A stretch of 64,000 nt of DNA from Escherichia phage moha. Under the pieces are notes generated by a model. It did not search any database. It saw only the letters and a program-made list of their open reading frames with translations, and was not told where the DNA came from. Shown here one piece after another: positions 36,332 through 46,666 of this stretch (positions are counted from its first letter, which is position 1; the number at the start of each line of letters is the position of its first letter). Location of the stretch: sequence record MN850590.1, one strand, 5' to 3'. The position numbers and the translations under genes are program-made.

Positions 36332-36576
36332 TTAGTTTAGATTCAAAGAAAGTTGTTCTAACCCTTAAAGTTAATGACGAGCGTCCGATATTCATTACCA
36401 TTTCCGATTTGAACGTTGAAATTGCTAATGGCGTTCGTACTTATCAAGCAAATAAAACTCATTGGGATTATATCCCGATGTTGACGCTTACTCAGCGTTT
36501 AGAATCAATCGGTCTTAAAGACCTTTCAGTAAGTGAAGTGAATTTTATCAAACGCGTTGTATCAATCAACCTCTGA
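36328..36576 (+). CDS. hypothetical protein
   Basis: 82 aa; ATGA overlap. Confidence 0.65.
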   Translation: MISLDSKKVVLTLKVNDERPIFITISDLNVEIANGVRTYQANKTHWDYIPMLTLTQRLESIGLKDLSVSEVNFIKRVVSINL

Positions 36577-36583
36577 GGTACTT

Positions 36584-36877
36584 ATGGGTAAAACATATCG
36601 TCGTAAAGATTTGAAAGTTCGCGATTACGACTATTTTGGTAAGCGTAAAGCTCCTGACGGTGTTAGCCACAAAGACATGGTTGAAAACATCTTCCGCTCA
36701 GATAAATGGAAACGTATGAAAGGCGTTGATTCTGAAGTCAAGAATGAAATGAATCGACAACTCCGCAAAGAAGTTCGTAAGTTGAAAAAAGATGTTTACA
36801 GTAAAGAAGAGTATGATTATAATACTTCTCATACTGAAGCCAAACGTAAAGCTAACGAATGTTATCGTTACAGTTGA
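36584..36877 (+). CDS. basic protein
   Basis: 97 aa from ATG 36584; Lys/Arg-rich. Confidence 0.7.
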   Translation: MGKTYRRKDLKVRDYDYFGKRKAPDGVSHKDMVENIFRSDKWKRMKGVDSEVKNEMNRQLRKEVRKLKKDVYSKEEYDYNTSHTEAKRKANECYRYS

Positions 36878-36884
36878 GGAAATT

Positions 36885-37019
36885 ATGAATATCAAACGAA
36901 TGCTTTTTAAGCAGGGATTATATACTTTAAATGTTAATCCAAAGGGTGATACAACTAAATGGTCTGTAAATGACTGGATTAAGTTCATCGATGAAAATGG
37001 GGCCTGGAACACAAAATGA
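36885..37019 (+). CDS. possible 44-aa protein
   Basis: ATG 36885 with SD gaggaaa; longer listed ORF overlaps upstream gene. Confidence 0.45.
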   Translation: MNIKRMLFKQGLYTLNVNPKGDTTKWSVNDWIKFIDENGAWNTK

Positions 37020-37216
37020 ATCCTGAATCTATGTTATCGCAAAAGCTTCGTGAAGAACGTGCCGAATTCTTTGCCAATATGAAACTCAACGGTGTTGAGG
37101 ACGAAGACTTCTTACGCTGGTTCTGGATTTACAAATACAAAGAATGCCAGCACGCTGTACTACTGACTTGTGCAGTTATGTACGAAGGCTGGAAAGGCGC
37201 TAAAAAGTTCGGTTAA
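37016..37216 (+). CDS. hypothetical protein
   Basis: 66 aa; ATGA overlap. Confidence 0.6.
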   Translation: MNPESMLSQKLREERAEFFANMKLNGVEDEDFLRWFWIYKYKECQHAVLLTCAVMYEGWKGAKKFG

Positions 37217-37279
37217 TAATGTACAACGATAGGAAGACATGTTATTATCTTCCTATCGTCTTAAAATGAGGAAAATATC

Positions 37280-37519
37280 ATGGCCCAAGAATTAGATTTT
37301 ATCAAATTCAAAAAACACCTCGACGTTAAAATTGGGGATTCAATTGTTAGGATTGAGTATGACATTTTAACAGATGCTATTACTGTTAGTTGTGATGGAA
37401 ATAGTTTCAGCTTCGATACAACCGAAAACAAATACCCAATCTATAAAGGCATCTTTGATATGGGTGTTGATATTACTCCACGTGATACAAATTACTTACT
37501 TTTCATGCTTAAAAAATAG
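37280..37519 (+). CDS. hypothetical protein
   Basis: 79 aa, SD gaggaaa. Confidence 0.7.
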   Translation: MAQELDFIKFKKHLDVKIGDSIVRIEYDILTDAITVSCDGNSFSFDTTENKYPIYKGIFDMGVDITPRDTNYLLFMLKK

Positions 37520-37548
37520 TATACAAACTCTTGAGAGATGAGTATAAT
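37520..37548 (+). promoter_or_regulatory. early promoter cassette, near-identical to 6609
   Basis: -35 TATACA / 17 bp / -10 TATAAT; IR gagaga..tctctc. Confidence 0.55.
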
Positions 37549-37585
37549 TCTCTCGTTGGATAATAAAATAACCGAGGAAAATAAT

Positions 37586-37918
37586 ATGTCTACTAAAATC
37601 AAAAACGTAGTTAATTCTTTCGCTTTCGATAAAGTTGTTGCTCTTCTGGAATCTGGCAATATTGTTACTCCTCAAGTTCTTGATGCGTGGGAATTCCGTC
37701 TTTATGAAATCATGCAAAAACACGACCAGAAAATTGGACGTAATTCTATTCGTGAAATTCTAGTACAATATATTCTTTCTGAATTTGACGTTGCTGCATT
37801 TGGTGTTGAATCTAAAGCTTATCAGAAACATGAAATCTCTGAAAAGACTATCCGTCGTATGAAAAATCAACGTAAGAAAAAATTCGTTGACCTTAAAATT
37901 GTTAAGGCGGTAAAATGA
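37586..37918 (+). CDS. hypothetical protein
   Basis: 110 aa from ATG 37586, SD gaggaaa. Confidence 0.7.
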   Translation: MSTKIKNVVNSFAFDKVVALLESGNIVTPQVLDAWEFRLYEIMQKHDQKIGRNSIREILVQYILSEFDVAAFGVESKAYQKHEISEKTIRRMKNQRKKKFVDLKIVKAVK

Positions 37919-38142
37919 GCGTATTAACAGAAACTTTGATTAATGACCTGCATCTAGCTGGTTACGAAGTTGGTACAAATAGTCTAGGTCTTCCTCAGAT
38001 TGAAGGTCCTGGATTTATTCTAGAATACGAATTCAAACAATGGTGGTTATATGCTACGGTTGACGATGCGTTGAATATTGATTTCGTTGACCAATTTGAT
38101 TCGCTGGATGCTGCTCTTGAAGCAGCAAAGGAACTAGAATGA
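37915..38142 (+). CDS. hypothetical acidic protein
   Basis: 75 aa; ATGA overlap. Confidence 0.65.
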   Translation: MSVLTETLINDLHLAGYEVGTNSLGLPQIEGPGFILEYEFKQWWLYATVDDALNIDFVDQFDSLDAALEAAKELE

Positions 38143-38408
38143 AATTAACTCGAATCAGTATAACTGAAGAAAAGCTGGGCGAATTTTATGTTGACGAATA
38201 CATGAAAGTCACGTATTTTCCATTCGTTAAAGGTGTTGGTTTTTGGGAAACTCATGTATCTCAATTAAACGAAGGCGACTATAACGAAACACATGAGAAC
38301 TTTTTAGATTTTCTTTATAATGCCGGTCTTACTGAGCTTTATATCGATATCCATGAGTTCAAACGTTTAATGGAAAAAGTGTTTCAGGCTTATTGTTTGC
38401 TCCGATAG
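38139..38408 (+). CDS. hypothetical protein
   Basis: 89 aa; ATGA overlap. Confidence 0.7.
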   Translation: MKLTRISITEEKLGEFYVDEYMKVTYFPFVKGVGFWETHVSQLNEGDYNETHENFLDFLYNAGLTELYIDIHEFKRLMEKVFQAYCLLR

Positions 38409-38413
38409 TATCT

Positions 38414-38451
38414 CGTGCTTTAAGATAGGTCTCTAAATATTATGATATAAT
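38414..38451 (+). promoter_or_regulatory. possible middle promoter for gene 55
   Basis: MotA-box-like GTGCTTTAA followed by TATGAT/TATAAT; spacing ambiguous. Confidence 0.3.
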
Positions 38452-38480
38452 AGACCTATGAATTGAGCCAAGAGGTACTT

Positions 38481-39038
38481 ATGACTGAACAAAAACCTAA
38501 AAATAACTATGTGAATAATAAAGAGCTTCTCGCCGCTATAATCGAGTGGAAAAAGGAGCTCTTAAATAATAAAGACCCAAACAAAATTATTCGTCAGAAT
38601 GATACCATCGGTTTAGCAATTATGCTTATCGCCGAAGGCCTGTCCAAACGTTTCAACTTTTCAGGATATACCCAGTCTTGGAAGCAGGAGATGATTGCAG
38701 ATGGGATTGAAGCCTCTATTAAGGGACTTCATAATTTCGACGAAACTAAGTACAATAACCCACATGCATACATAACTCGAGCTTGTTTTAATGCTTTTGT
38801 CCAACGTATCAAAAAAGAACGTAAGGAAGTTGCAAAGAAATATAGTTACTTCGTTCATAATGTCTACGACAGTCATGACGATGATATGGTAGCGTTGGTA
38901 GATGAAACGTTTATTCAAGACATCTACGATAAAATGACGCATTATGAAGAATCCGCTTATAAAGCTCCTGGGGCTGAAAAGAAGGAAGTTGTTAGCGATT
39001 CGCCTAGTTTGGATTTTTTATATGAGGATGACAATTGA
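38481..39038 (+). CDS. 55: late-transcription sigma factor gp55
   Basis: 185 aa; [56 protein letters not shown] matches T4 gp55. Confidence 0.9.
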   Translation: MTEQKPKNNYVNNKELLAAIIEWKKELLNNKDPNKIIRQNDTIGLAIMLIAEGLSKRFNFSGYTQSWKQEMIADGIEASIKGLHNFDETKYNNPHAYITRACFNAFVQRIKKERKEVAKKYSYFVHNVYDSHDDDMVALVDETFIQDIYDKMTHYEESAYKAPGAEKKEVVSDSPSLDFLYEDDN

Positions 39039-39237
39039 CATCTCTAACTACTTAGAAGAACCTTTTGACGAAGCAATCCCTTATTTGGTAAAACTGTTGG
39101 GTCGTGAATTTAAAATTAATTTTGACATCGACCCTTTGAACCCACATGACGTGTCATTTTCGATAAACGGGACTCCAGTTGAATATGAGTTCTGTATTGA
39201 AGAGGATGGACGTTTTTATTTTAATTTAATGAGATAA
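39028..39237 (+). CDS. hypothetical protein
   Basis: 69 aa from ATG 39028, overlaps gp55 stop. Confidence 0.55.
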   Translation: MTIDISNYLEEPFDEAIPYLVKLLGREFKINFDIDPLNPHDVSFSINGTPVEYEFCIEEDGRFYFNLMR

Positions 39238-39238
39238 T

Positions 39239-39562
39239 ATGACTACCGAGATTATTGAAAATAAAGAAGCAGAAGATGCAGTAGCTAAAATGCTAAAAGA
39301 AATCCAAAAGAAAAATGAAGCTGAAGCACGTAAAAAATCCGAAAAGATTCTTAAAAAGAATCGTTTTGAACTAAACCGTCTTTATGCTCATGCTCAAGAA
39401 GCAGCAATTCAAAACAACTTCGAAGCTTACGAATATGCTATTAAGAAATCTCGGGATATTCTACGACAACCATACAATGACAAGTTAATTAAAATCCAGT
39501 GGGTTACTACTCGTCAGGCTATTGAGGACATCATTAATGGCGCTAGTTCAAACAAAGTTTAA
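39239..39562 (+). CDS. hypothetical protein
   Basis: 107 aa. Confidence 0.7.
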   Translation: MTTEIIENKEAEDAVAKMLKEIQKKNEAEARKKSEKILKKNRFELNRLYAHAQEAAIQNNFEAYEYAIKKSRDILRQPYNDKLIKIQWVTTRQAIEDIINGASSNKV

Positions 39563-39743
39563 ACGTCTGAAGCTGAACGCAGGGTTCACCCTTAAATTGG
39601 GAGGTCCTCTTTGTGTTAAAATTTCTGAAAAGGAATATCACGACGGTTCTATTACAGAAATTTGTCCGCCTATTGTAAAGGCAGACCCAAAACAACTCGT
39701 ATGGGTTGATTCATTTCAAGTTAAGAAATGGTGGAAACGATGA
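39537..39743 (+). CDS. hypothetical protein
   Basis: 68 aa from ATG 39537, SD gagga. Confidence 0.5.
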   Translation: MALVQTKFKRLKLNAGFTLKLGGPLCVKISEKEYHDGSITEICPPIVKADPKQLVWVDSFQVKKWWKR

Positions 39744-39782
39744 GAGAAATCGATTTAGGTATTTTCTGAGAGGTGCTTATGC

Positions 39783-39956
39783 ATGACGAACATCCCGACT
39801 TCTGAAAATTTCGATAAAATCCGTAAAGGCAAAGCAGAAAGAATGAGACGTTTTAAAGAGTCTTATGATAAAGCTAAAGCCGAAGGAACTATTACGTACA
39901 AGCCCATTCGATTTAAAAGTTCAAATGAGCCTCTGTACGGTGTACTATGTGGATAG
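39783..39956 (+). CDS. possible 57-aa basic protein (not in ORF track)
   Basis: SD gagagg before ATG 39783; followed directly by terminator. Confidence 0.4.
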   Translation: MTNIPTSENFDKIRKGKAERMRRFKESYDKAKAEGTITYKPIRFKSSNEPLYGVLCG

Positions 39957-39979
39957 GAACTCTTCGGAGTTCCTTTTTT
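39956..39979 (+). terminator. rho-independent terminator
   Basis: GGAACTC-ttcg-GAGTTCC TTTTTT. Confidence 0.7.
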
Positions 39980-40025
39980 GCTTTATAAACGGATGATAGA
40001 ATGAATTAACTAATGAGGAAATAAT

Positions 40026-41045
40026 ATGAAAATTTTGCACTTAGGCGACTTCCATATCGGAGTCAAACAAGACGACCCATGGGTTCAAGATATTCAACGT
40101 GATGGTATTCGACAAGCAATTGAATACTCTAAGAAACACGGGATTAAAACTTGGATTCAGTACGGTGATTGGTTTGACGTCCGTAAAGCAATAACACATC
40201 GTACAATGGAATTCAATCGTGAAATCGTTGATATGATTTCTAAAGCAGGCATTCACGTTCATGTCACGATAGGAAATCATGACATGGCGTTTAAGAATAC
40301 AATAACACCTAACACTGTTTCTGAATTGTTAACTCAATTTGAAAACTTTACTATTTACGAGCATCCAACTACTGTAGATTTTGACGGATGTCTGATTGAT
40401 ATCGTTCCATGGATGTGTGAAGAAAATACAGGTGAAATCTTAGAGCACATCAAGACTTCTTCCGCAGCGTATTGTGTTGGGCACTGGGAACTGAATGGCT
40501 TTTATTTCTATAAAGGAATGAAGTCTCATGGGCTTGAACCTGATTTCTTAAAGACCTATAAACAAGTCTGGTCCGGCCACTTCCACACAATCTCTGAAGC
40601 TGCTAACGTCAAATATATTGGGACACCATGGACACTTACTGCAGGTGATGAGAACGACCCGCGCGGATTCTGGGTATTTGACACTGATGTTGAACGTATG
40701 GAATTTATTCCTAATGAAACAACATGGCATCGACGAATCACTTATCCGTTTAAAGGCAAAATCAATTATTCTGATTATACTAATCTAGCCTTACGTGTTA
40801 TAGTATCAGAAATTGATTCAGAGTTGACTAAGTTTGAATCTGAACTTGAAAAAGTAGTTCACTCTCTTCGCATGGTTTCTAAAGTTGATAACAGTGTTGA
40901 ATCTGATGACGACCAGGAAATCGAGATTAAATCACTTCAAGATATCATTAAAGAATATATTGACGCGATTCCAGATATCTCAGACGAAGACAGAGAAGCG
41001 CTGGTCAAATATTCCAACGAACTTTATATTGAGGCAACACAATGA
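40026..41045 (+). CDS. 47: recombination nuclease subunit gp47 (Mre11/SbcD-like)
   Basis: 339 aa; phosphoesterase motifs LHLGDFH and GNHD. Confidence 0.9.
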   Translation: MKILHLGDFHIGVKQDDPWVQDIQRDGIRQAIEYSKKHGIKTWIQYGDWFDVRKAITHRTMEFNREIVDMISKAGIHVHVTIGNHDMAFKNTITPNTVSELLTQFENFTIYEHPTTVDFDGCLIDIVPWMCEENTGEILEHIKTSSAAYCVGHWELNGFYFYKGMKSHGLEPDFLKTYKQVWSGHFHTISEAANVKYIGTPWTLTAGDENDPRGFWVFDTDVERMEFIPNETTWHRRITYPFKGKINYSDYTNLALRVIVSEIDSELTKFESELEKVVHSLRMVSKVDNSVESDDDQEIEIKSLQDIIKEYIDAIPDISDEDREALVKYSNELYIEATQ

Positions 41046-41299
41046 CTTTAGATGAATTTAACAATGCTGGGCTCGGGCTTGAAGTTGAAATAGACGTTAA
41101 AGATGATGATGGATTCGAGAACACCATCAAGTATTGGATTGAGCCAATACGCGTTGAAGGCGATGAAGTTAAAGCAGTTCATGTCTGCACCGACTGGGCT
41201 ATTGAATTTAGCTTTAATATAATGGACAACGATACTCCCGGCTCTATTCTTAAAATGGCTGAAGCATGTATTGAGGATGCGTATAATGACGAAGACTGA
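41042..41299 (+). CDS. hypothetical acidic protein
   Basis: 85 aa; ATGA overlap. Confidence 0.7.
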   Translation: MTLDEFNNAGLGLEVEIDVKDDDGFENTIKYWIEPIRVEGDEVKAVHVCTDWAIEFSFNIMDNDTPGSILKMAEACIEDAYNDED

Positions 41300-41525
41300 T
41301 TATGAAATCCATCGTCATGAATTTAGTATTGGTGACGGTTATATTGGTATCGTTGAATGGACTGAGAATTACGAGGAATCAACTCCTCGTTTCTTTGGAA
41401 CAATGTATGTTACTTGCGAGTATGCACCAGGTGTTGTTATGTATGCAGAACTAGATGAATATTTTGCTGATAGAGATGACATGTTAAAATATGTAGAGGA
41501 CTTCATTCGAAGAGAATACATATGA
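41286..41525 (+). CDS. hypothetical protein
   Basis: 79 aa from ATG 41286, SD gagga. Confidence 0.6.
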   Translation: MTKTDYEIHRHEFSIGDGYIGIVEWTENYEESTPRFFGTMYVTCEYAPGVVMYAELDEYFADRDDMLKYVEDFIRREYI

Positions 41526-43210
41526 AATCATTTAAATTAAATCGTGTTCGTTATCAAAACATCATGTCGGTAGGTGGGAATCCTATCGATATCCAATTAG
41601 ATAAAGTCCAAAAGACCTTAATCACCGGTAAAAATGGCGGTGGTAAATCTACGATGTTAGAAGCCATTACTTTCGGACTTTTCGGTAAACCATTTCGTGA
41701 TGTTAAGAAAGGACAAATCATTAATAGCACGAACAAGAAAGAGCTCTTAGTTGAGCTTTGGATGGAATTCGATGATAAAAAATACTTCATTAGACGCGGC
41801 CAAAAGCCCAATATTTTCGAAATCTCCGTTGACGGTGTTCGTCTCGATGAATCTGCCAGCAGTCGTGACTTCCAAGAAGAATTTGAACGTAGCATCGGAA
41901 TGTCATACGCGTCTTTTAAACAAATCGTTGTGCTTGGGACGGCAGGGTATACCCCTTTCATGGCTCTTAGCACCCCTGCTCGTAGAAAACTTGTCGAAGA
42001 CCTTTTAGAAGTCGGCACACTCGCTGAAATGGATAAAATCAATAAGTCTCAAGTTCGAGAACTTAATTCCCAGGGACAAGTTCTCGATGCTAAGAAAGAT
42101 GGTGTTATCCAACAAATTAAGATTTATAACGAGAATATCGAACGTCAAAAGAAATTATCTGGTGATAATGTAGCGCGTCTACAGAATATGTATGACGACC
42201 TAGCCAAAGAAGCTCGTTCATTAAAAGCAGAAATCGAAGAAGCTAATGAGCGACTACTTAATATCGTTCTTGATGAAGACCCTACTGAGGCATTCAACAA
42301 GATAGGACAAGAAGCATTCTTGATTAAATCTAAAATCGACTCATATAACAAAGTTATTAAGATGTATCATGACGGTGGCACATGTCCTACTTGTGCATCA
42401 CAGTTGCACCAGGGTGATCCTATTGTCTCTAAGATTACCGATAAGCTTCACGAATGTAATCACTCATTCGAACAACTTACATGTCACAGAGATAATCTGA
42501 GTGTCCTAGTGGACGAATACAGAGCCAATGTTAAGACTAAACAGGACCTTGCATCTGATATTCGTACCAAGAAACAAGCAATGATTGCCACTATTGATAA
42601 AGCTAAGAAAGTTAAAGCTGCAATAGAGCAAGCCTCAGCAGAATTTATCGACCATGCCGATGAGATAGCTTTGCTTCAAAAAGAACTTGATAAAATCATT
42701 AAAACAAAATCAGATATCGTTCTTGAAAAATACCATCGTGGTATTATCACAGATATGTTAAAAGATTCTGGTATTAAAGGTGCTATCATTAAAAAATATG
42801 TGCCTCTGTTCAACAAGCAGATTAACCATTATCTTAAAATCATGGAAGCTGATTACGTGTTTTCTATTGATGAAGAATTCAATGAATCTATAAAATCACG
42901 TGGTCGTGAAGATTTTAGTTATGCTTCATTTAGTCAAGGTGAAAAAGCACGCATTGATATCGCGTTGTTGTTTACATGGCGAGATATTGCTGAAAAGGTC
43001 TCTGGTGTTAAAATCAACACTCTGATTCTTGATGAGGTTTTTGATGGGGCAGTTGATTCTGAAGCTGTTAAGGCTATAGATACCATTCTTGGAAGTTTAC
43101 AAAATACTAACGTGTTCATTATTTCTCATAGGGACCATGACCCTCAACGTTATGGACAACATTTGCAAATGAGCAAAGTTGGACGATTTACTGTAATGAC
43201 TGTTTCATAA
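41522..43210 (+). CDS. 46: recombination ATPase subunit gp46 (Rad50/SbcC-like)
   Basis: 562 aa; Walker A GKNGGGKST, central coiled coil with CPTC zinc hook, signature SQGEKA, Walker B LILDEVF. Confidence 0.9.
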   Translation: MKSFKLNRVRYQNIMSVGGNPIDIQLDKVQKTLITGKNGGGKSTMLEAITFGLFGKPFRDVKKGQIINSTNKKELLVELWMEFDDKKYFIRRGQKPNIFEISVDGVRLDESASSRDFQEEFERSIGMSYASFKQIVVLGTAGYTPFMALSTPARRKLVEDLLEVGTLAEMDKINKSQVRELNSQGQVLDAKKDGVIQQIKIYNENIERQKKLSGDNVARLQNMYDDLAKEARSLKAEIEEANERLLNIVLDEDPTEAFNKIGQEAFLIKSKIDSYNKVIKMYHDGGTCPTCASQLHQGDPIVSKITDKLHECNHSFEQLTCHRDNLSVLVDEYRANVKTKQDLASDIRTKKQAMIATIDKAKKVKAAIEQASAEFIDHADEIALLQKELDKIIKTKSDIVLEKYHRGIITDMLKDSGIKGAIIKKYVPLFNKQINHYLKIMEADYVFSIDEEFNESIKSRGREDFSYASFSQGEKARIDIALLFTWRDIAEKVSGVKINTLILDEVFDGAVDSEAVKAIDTILGSLQNTNVFIISHRDHDPQRYGQHLQMSKVGRFTVMTVS

Positions 43211-43212
43211 AC

Positions 43213-43236
43213 GCTTTAACACGATGTGGTTATAAT
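43213..43236 (+). promoter_or_regulatory. possible middle promoter
   Basis: MotA-box-like GCTTTA, 12 bp, -10 TATAAT. Confidence 0.4.
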
Positions 43237-43264
43237 GACCACATCAAATTAAATGGAGAACAAC

Positions 43265-43453
43265 ATGGAGTATTCAACTGGACAACATCTTCTCGTTGTC
43301 CCTGAAATTAAAAAATATGTTTTGACCAATACGTTTTCAGGTGAAGAACATATTGTCACTGAACAAATGCTCAAATCTGCTTTTAAAGATGAGTATAATA
43401 AAATAATGTCTAATCGCAATTCCGCATGGACAGTTACCGACTTCTACGAATAA
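43265..43453 (+). CDS. hypothetical protein
   Basis: 62 aa from ATG 43265, SD ggaga. Confidence 0.65.
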   Translation: MEYSTGQHLLVVPEIKKYVLTNTFSGEEHIVTEQMLKSAFKDEYNKIMSNRNSAWTVTDFYE

Positions 43454-43465
43454 GAGAGAAATAAT

Positions 43466-43882
43466 ATGTTTACTACTGCTAAAGGTTTTACCGCTGCTGA
43501 TCTGAAAGTTACTTCTATCCGTACTGACGCTAACCCACATAACCATAATCGTGTTCGTAAAGCATGGGTCCTGCATTGTGATGACGCAAGTGCTAAAAAA
43601 CTCCAATCTTTGCCACAAGAAACTCGTTTTATGATTTATGGTTTTATTGATAACGATGTATCTGATATGTGGATTCATCTGATGCGTAAGCACTATAAAG
43701 ATTCTATTGAAGCTGGCGGAAAAATCGTTCTTGATAAAGACGGTTCTGAGCGTCTGGAAGATTTCTACTGTGTTGATGCCGACGAACAACTAATTGCCGC
43801 TGGTGAAATTGTTGCTTCTAAAATTCCAGAATATATTGAATCACTGCCTGAAGCTATTAAAAAGCAGATGGTTGCTGCATAA
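43466..43882 (+). CDS. rpbA: RNA polymerase-binding protein RpbA-like (by position)
   Basis: 138 aa immediately upstream of gene 45 as in T4. Confidence 0.55.
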   Translation: MFTTAKGFTAADLKVTSIRTDANPHNHNRVRKAWVLHCDDASAKKLQSLPQETRFMIYGFIDNDVSDMWIHLMRKHYKDSIEAGGKIVLDKDGSERLEDFYCVDADEQLIAAGEIVASKIPEYIESLPEAIKKQMVAA

Positions 43883-43924
43883 TAAATTTGTTATAAACTT
43901 TGAATTGTCTTGAAAGGAAATAAA

Positions 43925-44611
43925 ATGAAACTGTCTAAAGATACTATCGCTATTCTGAAAAACTTTGCCTCTATTAACTCCGGCATTCTGCTGAGTCAAG
44001 GTAAATTTATTATGACTCGTGCAGTTAATGGCACCACTTATGCGGAAGCAAATATCTCTGATGAAATTGATTTTGACGTAGCACTTTATGATTTGAATAG
44101 CTTCTTAAGCATTTTGAGTCTAGTGTCCGATGATGCTGAAATTTCAATGCACACCGATGGCAATATTAAAATTGCAGATACACGTTCCACAGTTTATTGG
44201 CCTGCCGCTGACAAGAGCACCATTGTTTTTCCTAATAAGCCAATTCAATTCCCAGTGGCTTCTGTGATTACTGAAATTAAAGCTGAAGACCTTCAACAAT
44301 TGCTTCGAGTTTCACGTGGTCTTCAGATTGATACAATTGCTATTACAAATAAAGATGGTAAAATTGTTATCAATGGCTATAATAAAGTTGAAGATTCTGG
44401 GCTAACTCGTCCTAAGTATTCTTTGACTCTTACCGATTATGATGGTTCTAACAATTTTAACTTCGTAATCAATATGGCTAATATGAAAATCCAGCCAGGT
44501 AACTATAAAGTAATGTTGTGGGGAGCTGGTGATAAAGTTGCAGCCAAGTTTGAAAGCTCTCAAGTAAGTTATGTTATTGCGATGGAAGCCGATTCTACTC
44601 ACGACTTCTAA
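43925..44611 (+). CDS. 45: sliding clamp gp45
   Basis: 228 aa; MKLSKDTIAILKNFASINSGI...MTRAVNGTTYAEANIS matches T4 gp45. Confidence 0.9.
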   Translation: MKLSKDTIAILKNFASINSGILLSQGKFIMTRAVNGTTYAEANISDEIDFDVALYDLNSFLSILSLVSDDAEISMHTDGNIKIADTRSTVYWPAADKSTIVFPNKPIQFPVASVITEIKAEDLQQLLRVSRGLQIDTIAITNKDGKIVINGYNKVEDSGLTRPKYSLTLTDYDGSNNFNFVINMANMKIQPGNYKVMLWGAGDKVAAKFESSQVSYVIAMEADSTHDF

Positions 44612-44686
44612 GTCAAAGCTTTACGTTTATTGTGATACGATTATGGAGGAGAAATCCTCCAGTTTAATGATAATGAGGAAAATTAC

Positions 44687-45649
44687 ATGATTACTATCAA
44701 TTCCAAAGAACACATTCTAGAACAGAAATATCGTCCTTCTTCCATTGACGAATGTATTCTGCCTGCGTATGACCATGAAACATTCAAGTCTTTAGTATCT
44801 AAAGGAAAACTTCCTCATATTATTTTGCACTCTCCTTCTCCTGGTACCGGTAAAACAACCGTAGCAAAAGCATTATGTAATGATATCAATGCCGAAATGA
44901 TGTTCGTCAACGGTTCTGATTGTAAGATTGATTTTGTGCGGGGTCCGTTAACCGCATTCGCTCGTTCAGTCTCAATGGAAGGCAAGCCTAAAGTTATTGT
45001 TATTGATGAATTTGACCGTAGTGGCCTCGCCGAATCACAACGTCACCTTCGTACGTTTATGGAAGAATTCTCTAGTAACTGCTCTATTGTTATTACTGCT
45101 AACAACATCGATGGAATTATTGAACCATTACGTAGTCGTTGTCGAGTTATCGAATTCGGACGTCCAACCGAAGAAGATAAAATCTCGATGATGAAGAAAA
45201 TGATTCATCGTATGGTTGAAATCTGTAAGAATGAAAATATCGAAATCGCTGATATGAAAGTTGTTGCAGCTCTGGTTAAAAAGAACTTCCCAGACTTTCG
45301 TCGCACAATTGGTCAATTAGACCAGTACTCGTCTAAAGGTGTTCTTGATGCGGGTATTTTGTCTATCGTAACTAATGACCGTGGCACAGTCTCTGATGTT
45401 ATCGAAGCAATGAAGAACAAAGATATCAAACAGCTTCGTGCATTAGCTCCAAAATATGCTGCAGATTATTCATGGTTCATCGATAAATTAGTTTCAGAAT
45501 GTTATGACCAAGTTGCACCTGGTAAAAGTATTATTTCGCTTTACGAAATTGCAGGCGAAAATAATAAGTTTCATGGACTAGCAAGTAATATTGAATTACA
45601 TGTTATGTATATGCTTCTTCAACTGACCTGCGAACTGACTTGGAAATAA
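44687..45649 (+). CDS. 44: clamp loader large subunit gp44
   Basis: 320 aa; Walker [15 protein letters not shown] Walker B; matches T4 gp44. Confidence 0.95.
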   Translation: MITINSKEHILEQKYRPSSIDECILPAYDHETFKSLVSKGKLPHIILHSPSPGTGKTTVAKALCNDINAEMMFVNGSDCKIDFVRGPLTAFARSVSMEGKPKVIVIDEFDRSGLAESQRHLRTFMEEFSSNCSIVITANNIDGIIEPLRSRCRVIEFGRPTEEDKISMMKKMIHRMVEICKNENIEIADMKVVAALVKKNFPDFRRTIGQLDQYSSKGVLDAGILSIVTNDRGTVSDVIEAMKNKDIKQLRALAPKYAADYSWFIDKLVSECYDQVAPGKSIISLYEIAGENNKFHGLASNIELHVMYMLLQLTCELTWK

Positions 45650-45650
45650 T

Positions 45651-46214
45651 ATGAACTTATTCGATGATGACGTCCAGCTTAACGAGCACCAAATTGCATG
45701 GAAGTCTAATGACGCTGATGCGATTCAAAAATGTGCTGATATGTTTAAAGAAAAACCTGAGAATGAATTCTTTAAAATCATTAATGCTATTAATGAAAAG
45801 AAATCTATGTCAATTGCTCAGGTCGACTACTCAAAATTTATGGTTGAGAACTCGTTATCCCAGTTCCCAGAATGTATGCCAGCTGTTTACATGATGAACT
45901 TAGTCGGTTCTGAATTAAGCGATGAAGCGCACTTCAACTATATGATGGCGGCAATTCCGCGTGGTCGTCGATTCTCTAAATGGGCTAAACTAGTCGAAGA
46001 CACTTCAGAGTTACTAGTTATCAAACTGTTGATGAAACATTACACAATCAACATGAATGATGCTACTGAGTATAAGCGGCTCCTTGAAAAAAATAACAAG
46101 TTGCCAATAGTCCTTAAAGAACTGAAGGCCATGGTCACTGATGAGTTTCTCAAAGAAGTTACAAAAAATGTGAAAGAACAAAAACAATTTAAAAAATTAG
46201 CATTGGAATGGTAA
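45651..46214 (+). CDS. 62: clamp loader small subunit gp62
   Basis: 187 aa; position between 44 and regA. Confidence 0.85.
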   Translation: MNLFDDDVQLNEHQIAWKSNDADAIQKCADMFKEKPENEFFKIINAINEKKSMSIAQVDYSKFMVENSLSQFPECMPAVYMMNLVGSELSDEAHFNYMMAAIPRGRRFSKWAKLVEDTSELLVIKLLMKHYTINMNDATEYKRLLEKNNKLPIVLKELKAMVTDEFLKEVTKNVKEQKQFKKLALEW

Positions 46215-46216
46215 AA

Positions 46217-46585
46217 ATGATTGAAATTAAATTGAAGAACCCTGAAGATTTTCTGAAAGTCAAAGAGACTTTGACCCGTATGGGCATCGCTAATAACAAG
46301 GATAAAGTTCTTTATCAGTCCTGTCATATCCTCCAAAAGCAAGGTAAGTACTATATTGTCCACTTTAAAGAAATGTTGCGTATGGATGGACGTCAGGTTG
46401 ATATTGATGGTGAAGACTATCAGCGTCGTGATTCGATTGCTCAGTTGCTTGAAGACTGGGGCTTGATTGTTATTGAAGACTCTGCTCGTGAAGATCTGTT
46501 TAGCCTGACTAATAACTTCCGTGTTATCTCTTTTAAACAGAAAGATGACTGGACTTTGAAAGCAAAATATACAATTGGTAATTAA
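46217..46585 (+). CDS. regA: translational repressor RegA
   Basis: 122 aa; MIEIKLKNPEDFLKVKETLTRMGIANNKDKVLYQSCHILQK matches T4 RegA. Confidence 0.9.
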   Translation: MIEIKLKNPEDFLKVKETLTRMGIANNKDKVLYQSCHILQKQGKYYIVHFKEMLRMDGRQVDIDGEDYQRRDSIAQLLEDWGLIVIEDSAREDLFSLTNNFRVISFKQKDDWTLKAKYTIGN

Positions 46586-46589
46586 AGCA

Positions 46590-46610
46590 ATGGGACTTCG
46601 GTCCCATTTG
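46590..46610 (+). promoter_or_regulatory. hairpin upstream of gene 43 (terminator or operator element)
   Basis: ATGGGAC-ttcg-GTCCCAT followed by TTGG and TATAAT. Confidence 0.35.
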
Positions 46611-46666
46611 GAGTATAATAAGTTCATCAACAAACAAAAGACAATAACTCGTCTAAAGGAAATTAA

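Noticed and set aside
41554-42042. 162-aa minus-strand ORF
   Set aside because: Antisense to gp46.
46040-46633. 197-aa minus-strand ORF
   Set aside because: Antisense to gp62/regA, which are confidently identified by homology.
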